A stretch of 64,000 nt of DNA from Candidatus Heimdallarchaeota archaeon. GTDB taxonomy: Archaea; Asgardarchaeota; Heimdallarchaeia; Heimdallarchaeales; Heimdallarchaeaceae. Below, one piece after another: positions 50,294 to 59,901 of the stretch. Under the pieces are notes generated by a model. The model did no database searches. It was not told the DNA's origin and saw only the letters and a program-made list of their open reading frames with translations. The stretch is from contig JABCTC010000011.1 of the NCBI GenBank assembly GCA_018238545.1, positions 1 through 64,000 of the forward strand, given 5' to 3'. The translations under genes were made by a program, and so were the position numbers. Each line of letters starts with the position of its first letter. The stretch's first letter is position 1.

Positions 50294-51069
50294 AATGCAT
50301 CATCTTCATAATAGGGAAGAATCTTTCCGCTAATGAACTCAAATAAAACAGGCTCTCCGGTTAGTTCAGGTTTTCCTTTTACGTTAATTACTTTAACTTC
50401 AGTAATTGGGCGATCCGCTTTGGTTTTGGATTGTGATACTCTAATTGTGACATCACAATTATGTTCTATCGCTCTAACTAATATCGGGTCATGTGCATCT
50501 TGATGTAATGTAAAGACCGTCACTGAACCATCTTTTTTATTTGCAGCCAATCTGTTCTGTAAGAAAGAGAATAATATTTTCTTGCTTTCATCAGCTGCAT
50601 AAATAATTGACGACAAAGATATGACAATCCCTCTTTTTAGGATTTGTTGATTTTGCACATGCAAAAATGATCTTCTTATTGTCTCGTTTATTTCTCTTGG
50701 TTTAGCAAGATCTTGGATAGAATATTGGTGGGTTGTTTTCAAATCTGTATATCCAAATGGATTGCTGAAAGCATCAATGAACTTCAAACGCCCAGTAGCT
50801 TCTAGCATTTCAGGATTAATACCAAGCCCATTCAGCATTTCATTATAAAATTCGTAAGGATGCTCTGTTGAGAAAATATATCCATACTCCCCAGTCTTCA
50901 ACCCTTCAGCTAGAAATTGTAAAACAAAGGGATCAGCTTCAGCACCAATTTCATCTTCAATCAAAACATTGGAACCAGCTGCGACTCCTCCACCTAGAAT
51001 TTCATCGAGTGTTGGGACTCCAAAAGAAAATAGCCTTTTCTCAGATGTTGCTGGACTATTATTAAACAT
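50290..51069 (-). CDS. KaiC/RAD55-family ATPase-like protein with degenerate Walker A
   Basis: GVPTLDEILGGG, DEIGAEAD in place of GxxGxGKT, FIDAFS. Confidence 0.75.
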   Translation of the reverse strand: MFNNSPATSEKRLFSFGVPTLDEILGGGVAAGSNVLIEDEIGAEADPFVLQFLAEGLKTGEYGYIFSTEHPYEFYNEMLNGLGINPEMLEATGRLKFIDAFSNPFGYTDLKTTHQYSIQDLAKPREINETIRRSFLHVQNQQILKRGIVISLSSIIYAADESKKILFSFLQNRLAANKKDGSVTVFTLHQDAHDPILVRAIEHNCDVTIRVSQSKTKADRPITEVKVINVKGKPELTGEPVLFEFISGKILPYYEDDAF

Positions 51070-51139
51070 AAATTATCATCTCATTTATTCTATACGATTC
51101 TGTGTATTAACAGATATTTAAGATTTCGTGCAGTGCACG

Positions 51140-51466
51140 TCACTTTGACTTTCTATTCAGTTTCTTTCTGAATTTTTGGTCAACATTAGCATTTGTTCTA
51201 TAAACATAACTGGGAAATTGCCCTTTTGGGTTCTTAGACCGGGGGCTTTGTTCAGTTTTAATGGGGCGGAGACATTCACCTGAATCACCTAGTTTCCTCT
51301 CTCTGCAATCTGCATAGCTACACATGTAACCTAAACATTCAGAATCATCTAAACGACAAATAAAACTCTTATTTCCTCGATCTTGTTTAATTCTTAGCAT
51401 TCTCTTGCTACATGAAAAAGATTTGCAAGTAAGTTTGCACATTCTATCTTCAGATTTAATAGTCAT
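51140..51466 (-). CDS. Cys-rich hypothetical protein
   Basis: Eight Cys in the N-terminal half, basic tail. Confidence 0.65.
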   Translation of the reverse strand: MTIKSEDRMCKLTCKSFSCSKRMLRIKQDRGNKSFICRLDDSECLGYMCSYADCRERKLGDSGECLRPIKTEQSPRSKNPKGQFPSYVYRTNANVDQKFRKKLNRKSK

Positions 51467-51550
51467 TTTGTAATCTTACCGATTTTAACTAAAAGTATTA
51501 AACCAAATTTTCTTATAAGTTTTTCTTATAATCATAATAATTAACCGACT

Positions 51551-52078
51551 CTACCAAGGTACATCCTTTATTTTGAGTGAGTACGCAAGAACATTTGTTC
51601 CTATATGCAATAATGGAGCGAAAACCAGTAATGATAGCCAAAATTCCCATGGGAGTGTTCCAAATACTGGCCAACTCCAGAGCAATCCAAATAAGATATA
51701 TCCTACTTGATCAAAAATGGGAAAACTTCCCCCTGATGAAATATTAATTCTTCGTTTCACAAAAGATCCAAACATATCCCCAAAATTGCACCCAAAACCC
51801 ATGAGAGCACCTATCCAGAAGGGATAATTGATACCGTATTGTACCATAAATAAATCAGAAGCTAAGAACCATACTATTACCCCAATTAGAAAACCGGATA
51901 AGATTCCATAGAATAATCCCCATAAGGTTTTATTATCACCTAGCATTCTTTTACCATCTTTTAGAACTTTATATCCATCTACGGGATATCCACCACCCAA
52001 AATGGCTGGAACGGCATTGGAAACTAGAATCGGTAGAGCAAAAAGAAATGATACACCAACATCTGTTATAAAGACCAT
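51551..52078 (-). CDS. carS: CDP-archaeol synthase
   Basis: N..P..GG..PVD..DGKR.LGDNKT, GDMFGSFVKRR, P.FDQ. Confidence 0.9.
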   Translation of the reverse strand: MVFITDVGVSFLFALPILVSNAVPAILGGGYPVDGYKVLKDGKRMLGDNKTLWGLFYGILSGFLIGVIVWFLASDLFMVQYGINYPFWIGALMGFGCNFGDMFGSFVKRRINISSGGSFPIFDQVGYILFGLLWSWPVFGTLPWEFWLSLLVFAPLLHIGTNVLAYSLKIKDVPW

Positions 52079-52207
52079 TTATTGAACCTTCTGAATAAGA
52101 AATTGAACAAATTTACATGTATATAAAACATTTGACACTAGGAAACCATCACAATTCTTGATGAAGTGACAAAAAGATTAATTTTAGAATCTGTTTACTA
52201 TAGGCTA

Positions 52208-53260
52208 ATGATAGATTTAGCTGTTATTTATTCCGAGTTATTTAAAAAACACAAAATGGATCGAGTACACCCTGAATCACCCGCAAGATTAGATGAGATT
52301 ATTAAAGGAGTGAAAGAGCTTCAGTACGAGATCAAGAAGGATATTGAATTTTATAAACCACAATATATTTCAGAAAAAGAACTTGTATCAGTTCACGTTG
52401 TGGATTTGATAAGAAAGGTTCAAGCGATATCAGAAGCAGGAGGGGGAATGATAACTATCGACACAACGCTTAATCCACACACATATGATATTGCTAGATT
52501 AGCAGCTGGAGCAACAAAACAAGCTGCAGAGATAGTTGATAAAGGAGAAGCAAAAAGAAGTTTTGCGATCGTTCGTCCTCCAGGTCACCATGCAGAATCA
52601 AACTCAGCGGGGGGGTTCTGCTATTTCAACAATATTGCTATAGCAGCTGATTGGTTAGTAAACGACAAAGGTTACAAAAGAGTAGCAATTATCGATATTG
52701 ATCATCACTTTGGGAACGGAACGTCTCACATTTTTTACCATCGCAAAGATGTTTTCTATTTTTCGATTCATGCTCATCCAATGTATTCGTACCCAGGTTC
52801 GGGATATCCAACAGAAATAGGTGTCTCTGAAGGAAAAGGATATAATGTTAATGTAGCATTGCTACCCGGAGTTACATCTAGCGATTGGTTGAAGTCACTA
52901 GAATTTGGTCTAAATATTCTAAAACAGTACAAACCTGAAATCATTTTGGTTTCAGTAGGCTTTGATTCTTTAGGGGGAGATCCTGTTGGAATAATGAACA
53001 TCGCTCCGAACGCTTTTTGGGGAGCTGGACACTTGCTCAACCAATTTGCTGAAGAATATTGCAATGGAAAAATCATTTGTACTTTGGAAGGAGGATACAA
53101 ATTAGATCAACTAAAAGACGTTAGCAAGAAATTCATTTTAGGATTAATGGGAGAGAAACTAATAGTTTTAAACAAGATAATGAGCAGAGAGATGACTGAA
53201 CAAACGAGAAGTATGATAGTTCAAACTAAGAAAGCATTAAAGGAATATTGGAATTTCTAA
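52208..53260 (+). CDS. Histone deacetylase-family protein
   Basis: HPESPARL, RPPGHHA, GFCYFNN, DIDHHFGNGT, GFDSLGGDP, LEGGY. Confidence 0.92.
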   Translation: MIDLAVIYSELFKKHKMDRVHPESPARLDEIIKGVKELQYEIKKDIEFYKPQYISEKELVSVHVVDLIRKVQAISEAGGGMITIDTTLNPHTYDIARLAAGATKQAAEIVDKGEAKRSFAIVRPPGHHAESNSAGGFCYFNNIAIAADWLVNDKGYKRVAIIDIDHHFGNGTSHIFYHRKDVFYFSIHAHPMYSYPGSGYPTEIGVSEGKGYNVNVALLPGVTSSDWLKSLEFGLNILKQYKPEIILVSVGFDSLGGDPVGIMNIAPNAFWGAGHLLNQFAEEYCNGKIICTLEGGYKLDQLKDVSKKFILGLMGEKLIVLNKIMSREMTEQTRSMIVQTKKALKEYWNF

Positions 53261-53379
53261 ACATACTGCTAATTTGTTGAAGAGGAAAGAAAATCTTTGT
53301 TAACCCACAGGAAGTTTTTATAACTGTTATCTTTAAAAGATGGGAATAGTTTTTAAATATCTATTTTATTTCCAATTCC

Positions 53380-54774
53380 ATGTCTGAAGTTATTGAAGAA
53401 GAGGTTGAAATAGAAACTAAAACATCTAAATACAACGTCTTCAAATGGTCAATGTACGATTTAGCAAATACAGTATATTCGATGATAATTGTTAGTTTGA
53501 TAATCAATCGTTATGTATTGGTGATAGGACAAGTAGAACATGGAATGACTTATGGTGAAGCCAGTTTCGTTTATGGAGTCGTAGCAGCTGTTATGCAAGT
53601 AATCACTGCAATTGGTATGCCCATTATGGGAGCTTTAAGTGACACTACTGGTAAAAGAAAACCATTTGTTCTTGTTTTAACCGGAGTAATTCTATTATTC
53701 TCTAGTCTTCTTGGTTTATTCCACAATATTACAGTAGTATTGATTCTCTATGTAATTGCTAATATTGCTTATCAATGGAGTCTCGCATTTTATGATGCAA
53801 TGCTACCTTTTATAGCTAATCCAAAAGATGTCGGTAAAGTTGGAGGATTTGGAGTTGCCTTTGGTTACTTAGGTACAATAATCTCTTTGTTAGTAATGTT
53901 TCCATTAATTTTGATTTACGGTGATGTTGTAAGTAAAGATGCTAATATAGCTAATCTATCATATGGTTATACAGGTTATTGGTGGATATTTGTTGTCCCA
54001 ATGGCTCTTTTCCTTGTATTTGGGATTCCTTTGATTTTCGTTAAAGAAAAGCAGAAAAAAGTAAAATTATCGGAACAGAAAGATGTTCTTAAAAATACCT
54101 TTAAACAGCTTGGGACGACTTTTAGAGATATAAGAAAACATCGTCAAATGTTAATCTTTGTGATAGGGTATTTCTTTATTGCAGATGTTGCAAATGTTAT
54201 TGTAGCTTATATGACTCCCATAGTAACTGATGCGCTTCAAATCGAAGGTGCGGATATTTCAACAGATCTTTTTGCGATAATTTTCATAATTATTGCAACT
54301 GTTGCAGCTGTAGCTTTTACATATTTCATTGGTAAATTTGCAGAAAAATATGGTGCTAAAAACGCTTTCTTCCTAGTTGGAGGATTATGGGGTCTTGCTT
54401 TGATTATAGGAATCGTAGCAATATTCGTATGGGCACCCATAACAATTGGATTTAATTTTCCATTTATCATGATACTTCTAATGGGATGTTCTGCTGGTGT
54501 AGCTTTAGGAGGTACCTGGACAGCTCAAAGGGTTATGGTTGTGGAATTAGCTCCCAAAGAGAAATTTGGCGAATATTTTGGATTCTCAAAACTAAGTGGG
54601 AAGGTTTCTTCAGCATTAGGACCAATTATTTTTGGAGCAATACTACTAGCTTATGATCCAACAATCGGTTTCAAATCATATGGAATAGCCATGGCTGTTG
54701 TTGGTGGAATAATGTTATTTGGTTTAATAATCATAGCTTTTATTCGACCTGATAAATCTGCAAAGAATTACTAA
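53380..54774 (+). CDS. MFS transporter (UMF1/Atg22-like)
   Basis: WSMYDLAN, FYDAML, GYLG, GEYFG; about 12 TM. Confidence 0.88.
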   Translation: MSEVIEEEVEIETKTSKYNVFKWSMYDLANTVYSMIIVSLIINRYVLVIGQVEHGMTYGEASFVYGVVAAVMQVITAIGMPIMGALSDTTGKRKPFVLVLTGVILLFSSLLGLFHNITVVLILYVIANIAYQWSLAFYDAMLPFIANPKDVGKVGGFGVAFGYLGTIISLLVMFPLILIYGDVVSKDANIANLSYGYTGYWWIFVVPMALFLVFGIPLIFVKEKQKKVKLSEQKDVLKNTFKQLGTTFRDIRKHRQMLIFVIGYFFIADVANVIVAYMTPIVTDALQIEGADISTDLFAIIFIIIATVAAVAFTYFIGKFAEKYGAKNAFFLVGGLWGLALIIGIVAIFVWAPITIGFNFPFIMILLMGCSAGVALGGTWTAQRVMVVELAPKEKFGEYFGFSKLSGKVSSALGPIIFGAILLAYDPTIGFKSYGIAMAVVGGIMLFGLIIIAFIRPDKSAKNY

Positions 54775-54788
54775 TCTTTTCCTTTCTT

Positions 54789-56018
54789 TTAATAAATTAG
54801 AAGGAAAGGATTATTTTTCCTCTTCCTTTTTTTTCCATTTCTGTTATTTCTAACTAATCCTGCAAAGCCTATTATTATCACAATTGATAGGATAAGCATT
54901 GAAATTAGTGAGACAGATAGTGACGTATTGAACAGAATAAATACTAGACTTACTATGAAATACAACAGATTTCCTATAGATGAATAGATTGAGACAATAG
55001 TAGCTCTAAGATCCGAAGTAGCTTTCCTTTGTATCATAGTTGATATTATGGGTGCTCTTCCTCCTCTTGCTAATTGTACTGCAAACATGGTAGTTAGAAT
55101 TATCAAAGAATCAAAGTACCATAGAACGAATATGCTAACTATTTCTAGGATCATGAATCCTAGTAACAGGAAATCTTCGTGGTGTTCCTTTATCCTTGCA
55201 AATAACCAGCTACCTATTGCAGCCACTAAATTCATCCCAGCAAAGATTAACCCAATATGCAGCGAATTTAACCCATTGCTAAATAGTTTTGGCTGATATG
55301 CCCAGAAAGCCACTCTTTGAGCTACTGAGAAAGCAATGAAAGCTAATAGTACACCTATAAGGAATTTCGATTTGAACAACGTTTTTAGTGCTGACTTCGT
55401 TGCCTTTTGTATACTCTGTGATTTCGCCCTTTCTTTCTCTTCCATTAGTAAGCTTATCACAACTTTAATTCCGGAGATTATACCAATTATGAACAAAGGC
55501 CATCTAAGTGAGTATAGAGCAATAACACCAGAAATTGGTAAAGAAACCATTGCAACTATAAAAGCAAGAGTTGAAGATTTTCCGATGATTTTCTTAAACC
55601 TATCTTCTTTTCCATAGTATGCAAGAGTGTCATACAACAATCCTGTATCAGATCCGGATATAGCAGCTAAGCCCATTCCAAATACTGCTTCACTTATTGC
55701 GAAAGCTGCAAAACTTCTACCTAATCCATAACATACACTTGCTATTGCTATTAACAGGTAACCTCCAGCAAGTACGTATCTACGTTTGAATGAATCGGAT
55801 AAAGCTCCGCTTGGTATTTCAAAGATAACTACCGATAAAGCAAATATCCCTTGAAGGAACAGCATTTGACTGAAATCAAGACCAGCTTCGCCCCATATTT
55901 TAACAGCTACAGGAATAACCATAGCTATGAAATCTAGTCGTAACAGAATGAATAGTAAACTATTCTTTCGAACTTCATCCACTTGTGAACTATTTTTTTG
56001 TGTAACTTGCGATTTCAT
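54789..56018 (-). CDS. MFS transporter
   Basis: EIPSGALSD..RR, SGSD.GLLYD, RATIVS; AAGGAG SD. Confidence 0.88.
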   Translation of the reverse strand: MKSQVTQKNSSQVDEVRKNSLLFILLRLDFIAMVIPVAVKIWGEAGLDFSQMLFLQGIFALSVVIFEIPSGALSDSFKRRYVLAGGYLLIAIASVCYGLGRSFAAFAISEAVFGMGLAAISGSDTGLLYDTLAYYGKEDRFKKIIGKSSTLAFIVAMVSLPISGVIALYSLRWPLFIIGIISGIKVVISLLMEEKERAKSQSIQKATKSALKTLFKSKFLIGVLLAFIAFSVAQRVAFWAYQPKLFSNGLNSLHIGLIFAGMNLVAAIGSWLFARIKEHHEDFLLLGFMILEIVSIFVLWYFDSLIILTTMFAVQLARGGRAPIISTMIQRKATSDLRATIVSIYSSIGNLLYFIVSLVFILFNTSLSVSLISMLILSIVIIIGFAGLVRNNRNGKKRKRKNNPFLLIY

Positions 56019-56255
56019 ATTATATTTTCTCCTTTTTGATAAGAGAAATTGCCAATAATTGGTGAAAATTCGATATTTTCCAATAGGAGTGATAGAATAA
56101 AACCTCAGAATAGAATCTCAGAAATGACCCCAAAAAGAATGATAACTGAATTATAAGTGAGTTATGGGATTGGTCATTCTGATGTTCATCTAATCGGACC
56201 AAAAGCGACAGTATCCACTAAAAGTATATACCAATTTGTTGTATTTTGTCGCTCA
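56019..56255 (-). promoter_or_regulatory. Candidate structured 5' leader of the MFS gene with an SD-sequestering stem
   Basis: Inverted repeats 56204-10/56247-53, 56118-29/56172-82, 56142-47/56160-65, 56029-33/56085-89. Confidence 0.35.
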
Positions 56256-56409
56256 TTCTTGAACATCATAACTCTAAAATCTATTTTTCTAATTTGTCTT
56301 AAAAAGGTGTCGATAAACAATATACTCTTCAGAATAGGTCAGTACTCGCTTTTTAATTTTGAATGTTCTATGATAAAAGTTATAATTTTGCATTACTCTT
56401 TTATAACTG

Positions 56410-57297
56410 ATGTCTAACTCCGACAACTCATATATTGATGTTTTTGAGAATGTGCAGAAGCTAATTGTGGGTAGGAAAAAAGAACTACGACTAATGATAA
56501 ATGCTGTTAGCAAAGGGCTGCCAATAATTATTGAAGGTCCTGTGGGGACAGGTAAGACTGAGATGGCTAAGGTTCTTGCTCAATCTCTTGAAAGACCTTT
56601 TGTTAGGGTAGATGGTGACGATAATCTTACCTCAATTAAGTTGAAAGGTTGGTACGACCCCCCATTAGTTCTAGAGAAGGGTTTTTCCCGCGAAACGTTC
56701 ATTCCTGGACCTCTAACTCATTCTATGGAAAATGGAGGAATATTCTTTTATAATGAAGTTAATAGAGCTCCCTCCGAAACGATAAATGCAGTTCTAACCG
56801 CACTAGACGAGAAATTAATTACCATTCCTCAAATTGGAGAAATTGTCGCTAAAGAAGGATTCATCTCAATTTTCACATATAATCCTGAAGACACGGTGGC
56901 TACGAACCCACTGCCTAAAGCATTTTATGATCGATGTATTTGGATTCATGTCTCTCATCAAACATTTGAAGAAATGAAAGAAATCGTATTTCTAAGAACA
57001 GGTTCCTCCGATAACTTGATGATTTCCATTTCTTGTGAAATTGTTCAAGCCACAATTAATCATCCAGAATTGGAAACAAGTTCTACTGTTAGAGGAGCTA
57101 TTCATTTAGTTGAACTATATGAAGATCTAGAGACAATTGATGAACAAACACTAATTGAAAGAGCAATAGCTGTGCACTCTCGAAAAATCAGATGTAAAAC
57201 AACAAGTAGTAAAACAGAAAGTGAAATTATCGAGGAAATTGTTTCGAAAATTCTGTCTAGATATGAAGATGACCGCATACTCCGAAAAAAAGAGTAA
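56410..57297 (+). CDS. MoxR-family AAA+ ATPase
   Basis: EGPVGTGKT, PGPL, FYNEVNRA, TYNP, LPKAFYDR. Confidence 0.9.
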   Translation: MSNSDNSYIDVFENVQKLIVGRKKELRLMINAVSKGLPIIIEGPVGTGKTEMAKVLAQSLERPFVRVDGDDNLTSIKLKGWYDPPLVLEKGFSRETFIPGPLTHSMENGGIFFYNEVNRAPSETINAVLTALDEKLITIPQIGEIVAKEGFISIFTYNPEDTVATNPLPKAFYDRCIWIHVSHQTFEEMKEIVFLRTGSSDNLMISISCEIVQATINHPELETSSTVRGAIHLVELYEDLETIDEQTLIERAIAVHSRKIRCKTTSSKTESEIIEEIVSKILSRYEDDRILRKKE

Positions 57298-57335
57298 TTG
57301 GTGACCCTACACTCAGTATTGTAGGGGATGAGCCA
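57285..57335 (+). other. Candidate programmed -1 frameshift signal (A AAA AAA plus stem-loop/pseudoknot)
   Basis: CGA AAA AAA GAG TAA at the MoxR end; -1 frame open from 57273 into the VWA ORF; perfect stem CCCTACA/TGTAGGG at 57305-57326. Confidence 0.6.
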
Positions 57336-57338
57336 TTC

Positions 57339-58325
57339 TTGACCTTTCCTTCCAAAAATGCTGGTCGTATGATAATTAACGAAATACAGATGGAATTAGG
57401 TAAAAGACAAGAAGATATGGCTAAAATTTTTGAGTTAGCTGAACAAGCTGCTGAAAATAGAAATTTGGATGCTCTTAGATTAATTGCCACTAATTATCCA
57501 ACGTTAGCTGCAAAAATCATGAACAACATGGAAATTAGTGACATAATTTTGGATCAACTTAGAGGGGAAGATTTAATCCAATTATATTCAAGAACTAAGA
57601 AACATCTAAAATATCAGCTTCGAAAAAGGATGTTAGATAGGCTTATACCTTTTATAACAGAACAAGCAAAAGCTATTTACCGGAGAGGAGTATCTGCATC
57701 AGTTTCAAAATACATTAATTATGAACCAGGACTTGATTGGGAACTTGAAATGACTATAGAAAAAATGATGAGTACTGGCAAATTATCACCTGATTATGAT
57801 AGCATTGTCTCAAAAGAGCCTATTAAGAAGAAGAGGAGCATTGTTGTTTGTATCGATAAAAGTTTGAGTGTTTTGCGACTTATTCATCAAATCGTTCTGA
57901 TGGCATCAGTTTTATCTTTATCAGTCAAGAAAGAAAATTTTTCTATTATTGCATTTGATTCTGAATCAGCTATTCTGAAACACATGAACAAATACACCGA
58001 CCCTGATGAACTTGTAGAACTTATTTTGAATATCGAAAGCGGTGGAAAAACCAATCTCGAAGATGCGCTTAAACTTGCCTTAGACCAACTCAAACAAAGT
58101 TCCTCTAGAGAAAAAATTGTCTATATGATAAGTGATCTTGAGAGAACGATTGGAGGTAACCCTCTTCCTATTATTCAAAATATAGAAGATTTAAGAGTAA
58201 TTTATGCTCGAACTTATCGCCGGGTTTCTTTTGTAGATGAAGTTATCTCGCTCTCTAATGTTTCCTTAATAGAATTAAACTTTGACAGTGACTTAGTGGA
58301 AATAACTACAAAGTTGATTTCTTAA
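57339..58325 (+). CDS. VWA (MIDAS) domain protein, MoxR partner; possibly expressed as a frameshift fusion
   Basis: IDKSLS (DxSxS), GGKTN, ISD; frame open upstream to 57273. Confidence 0.85.
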   Translation: MTFPSKNAGRMIINEIQMELGKRQEDMAKIFELAEQAAENRNLDALRLIATNYPTLAAKIMNNMEISDIILDQLRGEDLIQLYSRTKKHLKYQLRKRMLDRLIPFITEQAKAIYRRGVSASVSKYINYEPGLDWELEMTIEKMMSTGKLSPDYDSIVSKEPIKKKRSIVVCIDKSLSVLRLIHQIVLMASVLSLSVKKENFSIIAFDSESAILKHMNKYTDPDELVELILNIESGGKTNLEDALKLALDQLKQSSSREKIVYMISDLERTIGGNPLPIIQNIEDLRVIYARTYRRVSFVDEVISLSNVSLIELNFDSDLVEITTKLIS

Positions 58326-59671
58326 TCATCTTTTTGTATCACTTTTTTCTTCTTAGGTAAATCTATTAGTTGATCTACAGTGATTAATGTTACACCAATC
58401 AATCCCATTACAAGCCCTTCAATTTGTGCTTCATTTCGCAAGAAAGTATAATTTATTGCAATTGTTGCTTCATAGTAGAATGTTTCAGAAATGTTCCATT
58501 GACTAACAAAAGCAATAACATAATTATTTTCAACGGCTGTTGTTTCATTAAGTAATATACTGATCCCTGCAGAATTTTCCTCGTGAATTAATTGTTTAAC
58601 GAAGTAACTCTCCTCTACTATGGGGTTTGTCAAAGAGTTGTAACTAACAATCATGTTTGCATAAGTTATATTCTGATCATAATACTGTAAAGTCAAATTA
58701 TCAAAAGCATTGAAGAAATCAAAGAAAGTGTTGTTATTTGTTAACACTACAGTAGTGTTATATGGAGTAAGACCGTACTCACTTTGAAAAATCAGTTCTG
58801 TTGAAGATTGTGGTCTATTAGTAAAAACAAGTCCCAAAGTTGGATCAAAATAATTCTGCGTATTAACATAATTAGAAGAAACTTGATAATTAACTACTCT
58901 TTCCTGTCCAATTACTGGTCCAAGTAACAAACCTGCGCCAATAAAAAATAACCCAATTAAAGTCATTTGTTTAGAAATTCTTTTCCAAGTAATCTTCAAT
59001 ATCCTTCCAGTTTTATTTGGTTCATTCTTCTTTTTCCTTTTCTTCCTCTTAAAGACTGGTAGCACTATTACAACTAACCAAGTAATCATAATAATCAGAT
59101 GAAGTCCAAATTGCTCAATAGGCAAATCCCAGTAATTGCCCACAATCTGACTTCTCTCAGCTTGTGTTAAATCCACAAAAAACATGCCTGTCCCTTCTTG
59201 AAAAGAGTAGATTCTCCAATCTGGAATAATTCCAAGGAAGGATAAGGGAAAGAATAACCATGGCTGGTTTTCGAATCTAAGATATACTGATAATTCATAG
59301 AAATTTGTATCTATAGGCCAGAATAGAAGTATTGGATCCCAACCTAAATCTAGACCTATATGTAATAACCACATGATTGAAGCAAGTTTGAAAAATCTGA
59401 TAATTCTTTTACCTCTTTCATCAAAAGAATTAGTTCGTTTATTGATTAAACCTATAACAATAAAGCTCAATAAAACAAATGCCGGTGGGATTATACTGTG
59501 TGTATACGACCGATGCGTCCCAATTAGCAGGTCTATATCAGGGAAAATAGCAAAAACGTTTATCAGGAGAAATTCCCATCTATGTTCCTTATAATATTCT
59601 CGGTTTTCCTTAGACAACAATAACCAAACAATAAGACCTTGCAATGCTAGGTGTGTAAAAGTATAAGTCAT
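58322..59671 (-). CDS. YdjM-like membrane metal-dependent hydrolase with added extracellular domain and C-terminal TM
   Basis: TH..FPDID..HRSYTHS..LHIGLD..LFWP. Confidence 0.75.
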   Translation of the reverse strand: MTYTFTHLALQGLIVWLLLSKENREYYKEHRWEFLLINVFAIFPDIDLLIGTHRSYTHSIIPPAFVLLSFIVIGLINKRTNSFDERGKRIIRFFKLASIMWLLHIGLDLGWDPILLFWPIDTNFYELSVYLRFENQPWLFFPLSFLGIIPDWRIYSFQEGTGMFFVDLTQAERSQIVGNYWDLPIEQFGLHLIIMITWLVVIVLPVFKRKKRKKKNEPNKTGRILKITWKRISKQMTLIGLFFIGAGLLLGPVIGQERVVNYQVSSNYVNTQNYFDPTLGLVFTNRPQSSTELIFQSEYGLTPYNTTVVLTNNNTFFDFFNAFDNLTLQYYDQNITYANMIVSYNSLTNPIVEESYFVKQLIHEENSAGISILLNETTAVENNYVIAFVSQWNISETFYYEATIAINYTFLRNEAQIEGLVMGLIGVTLITVDQLIDLPKKKKVIQKDD

Positions 59672-59901
59672 TCTATCACTCGTTTTTTCTTAAAATTTAT
59701 AGCACTCTATTCATTAAGTAGTTTCTTATTTTCACATTTTGCACAAAATTTCACTTAAAAAACATAATGGATCGCTAGTTAAAATGATTATTAGTTTATA
59801 TACTAAAAGTTCTTTATATTAATGGGAGTAAAATTTAGGCTTGTTGAAGTAAGACTTATTATACTGAAAGAAATGAGTCTGTAAGTAGTAAGGTTGACAA
59901 A

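Noticed and set aside
59672-59901. AT-rich spacer before mcm as a replication origin
   Set aside because: No cdc6/orc1 neighbour or recognisable ORB repeats; adequately explained as divergent promoters.
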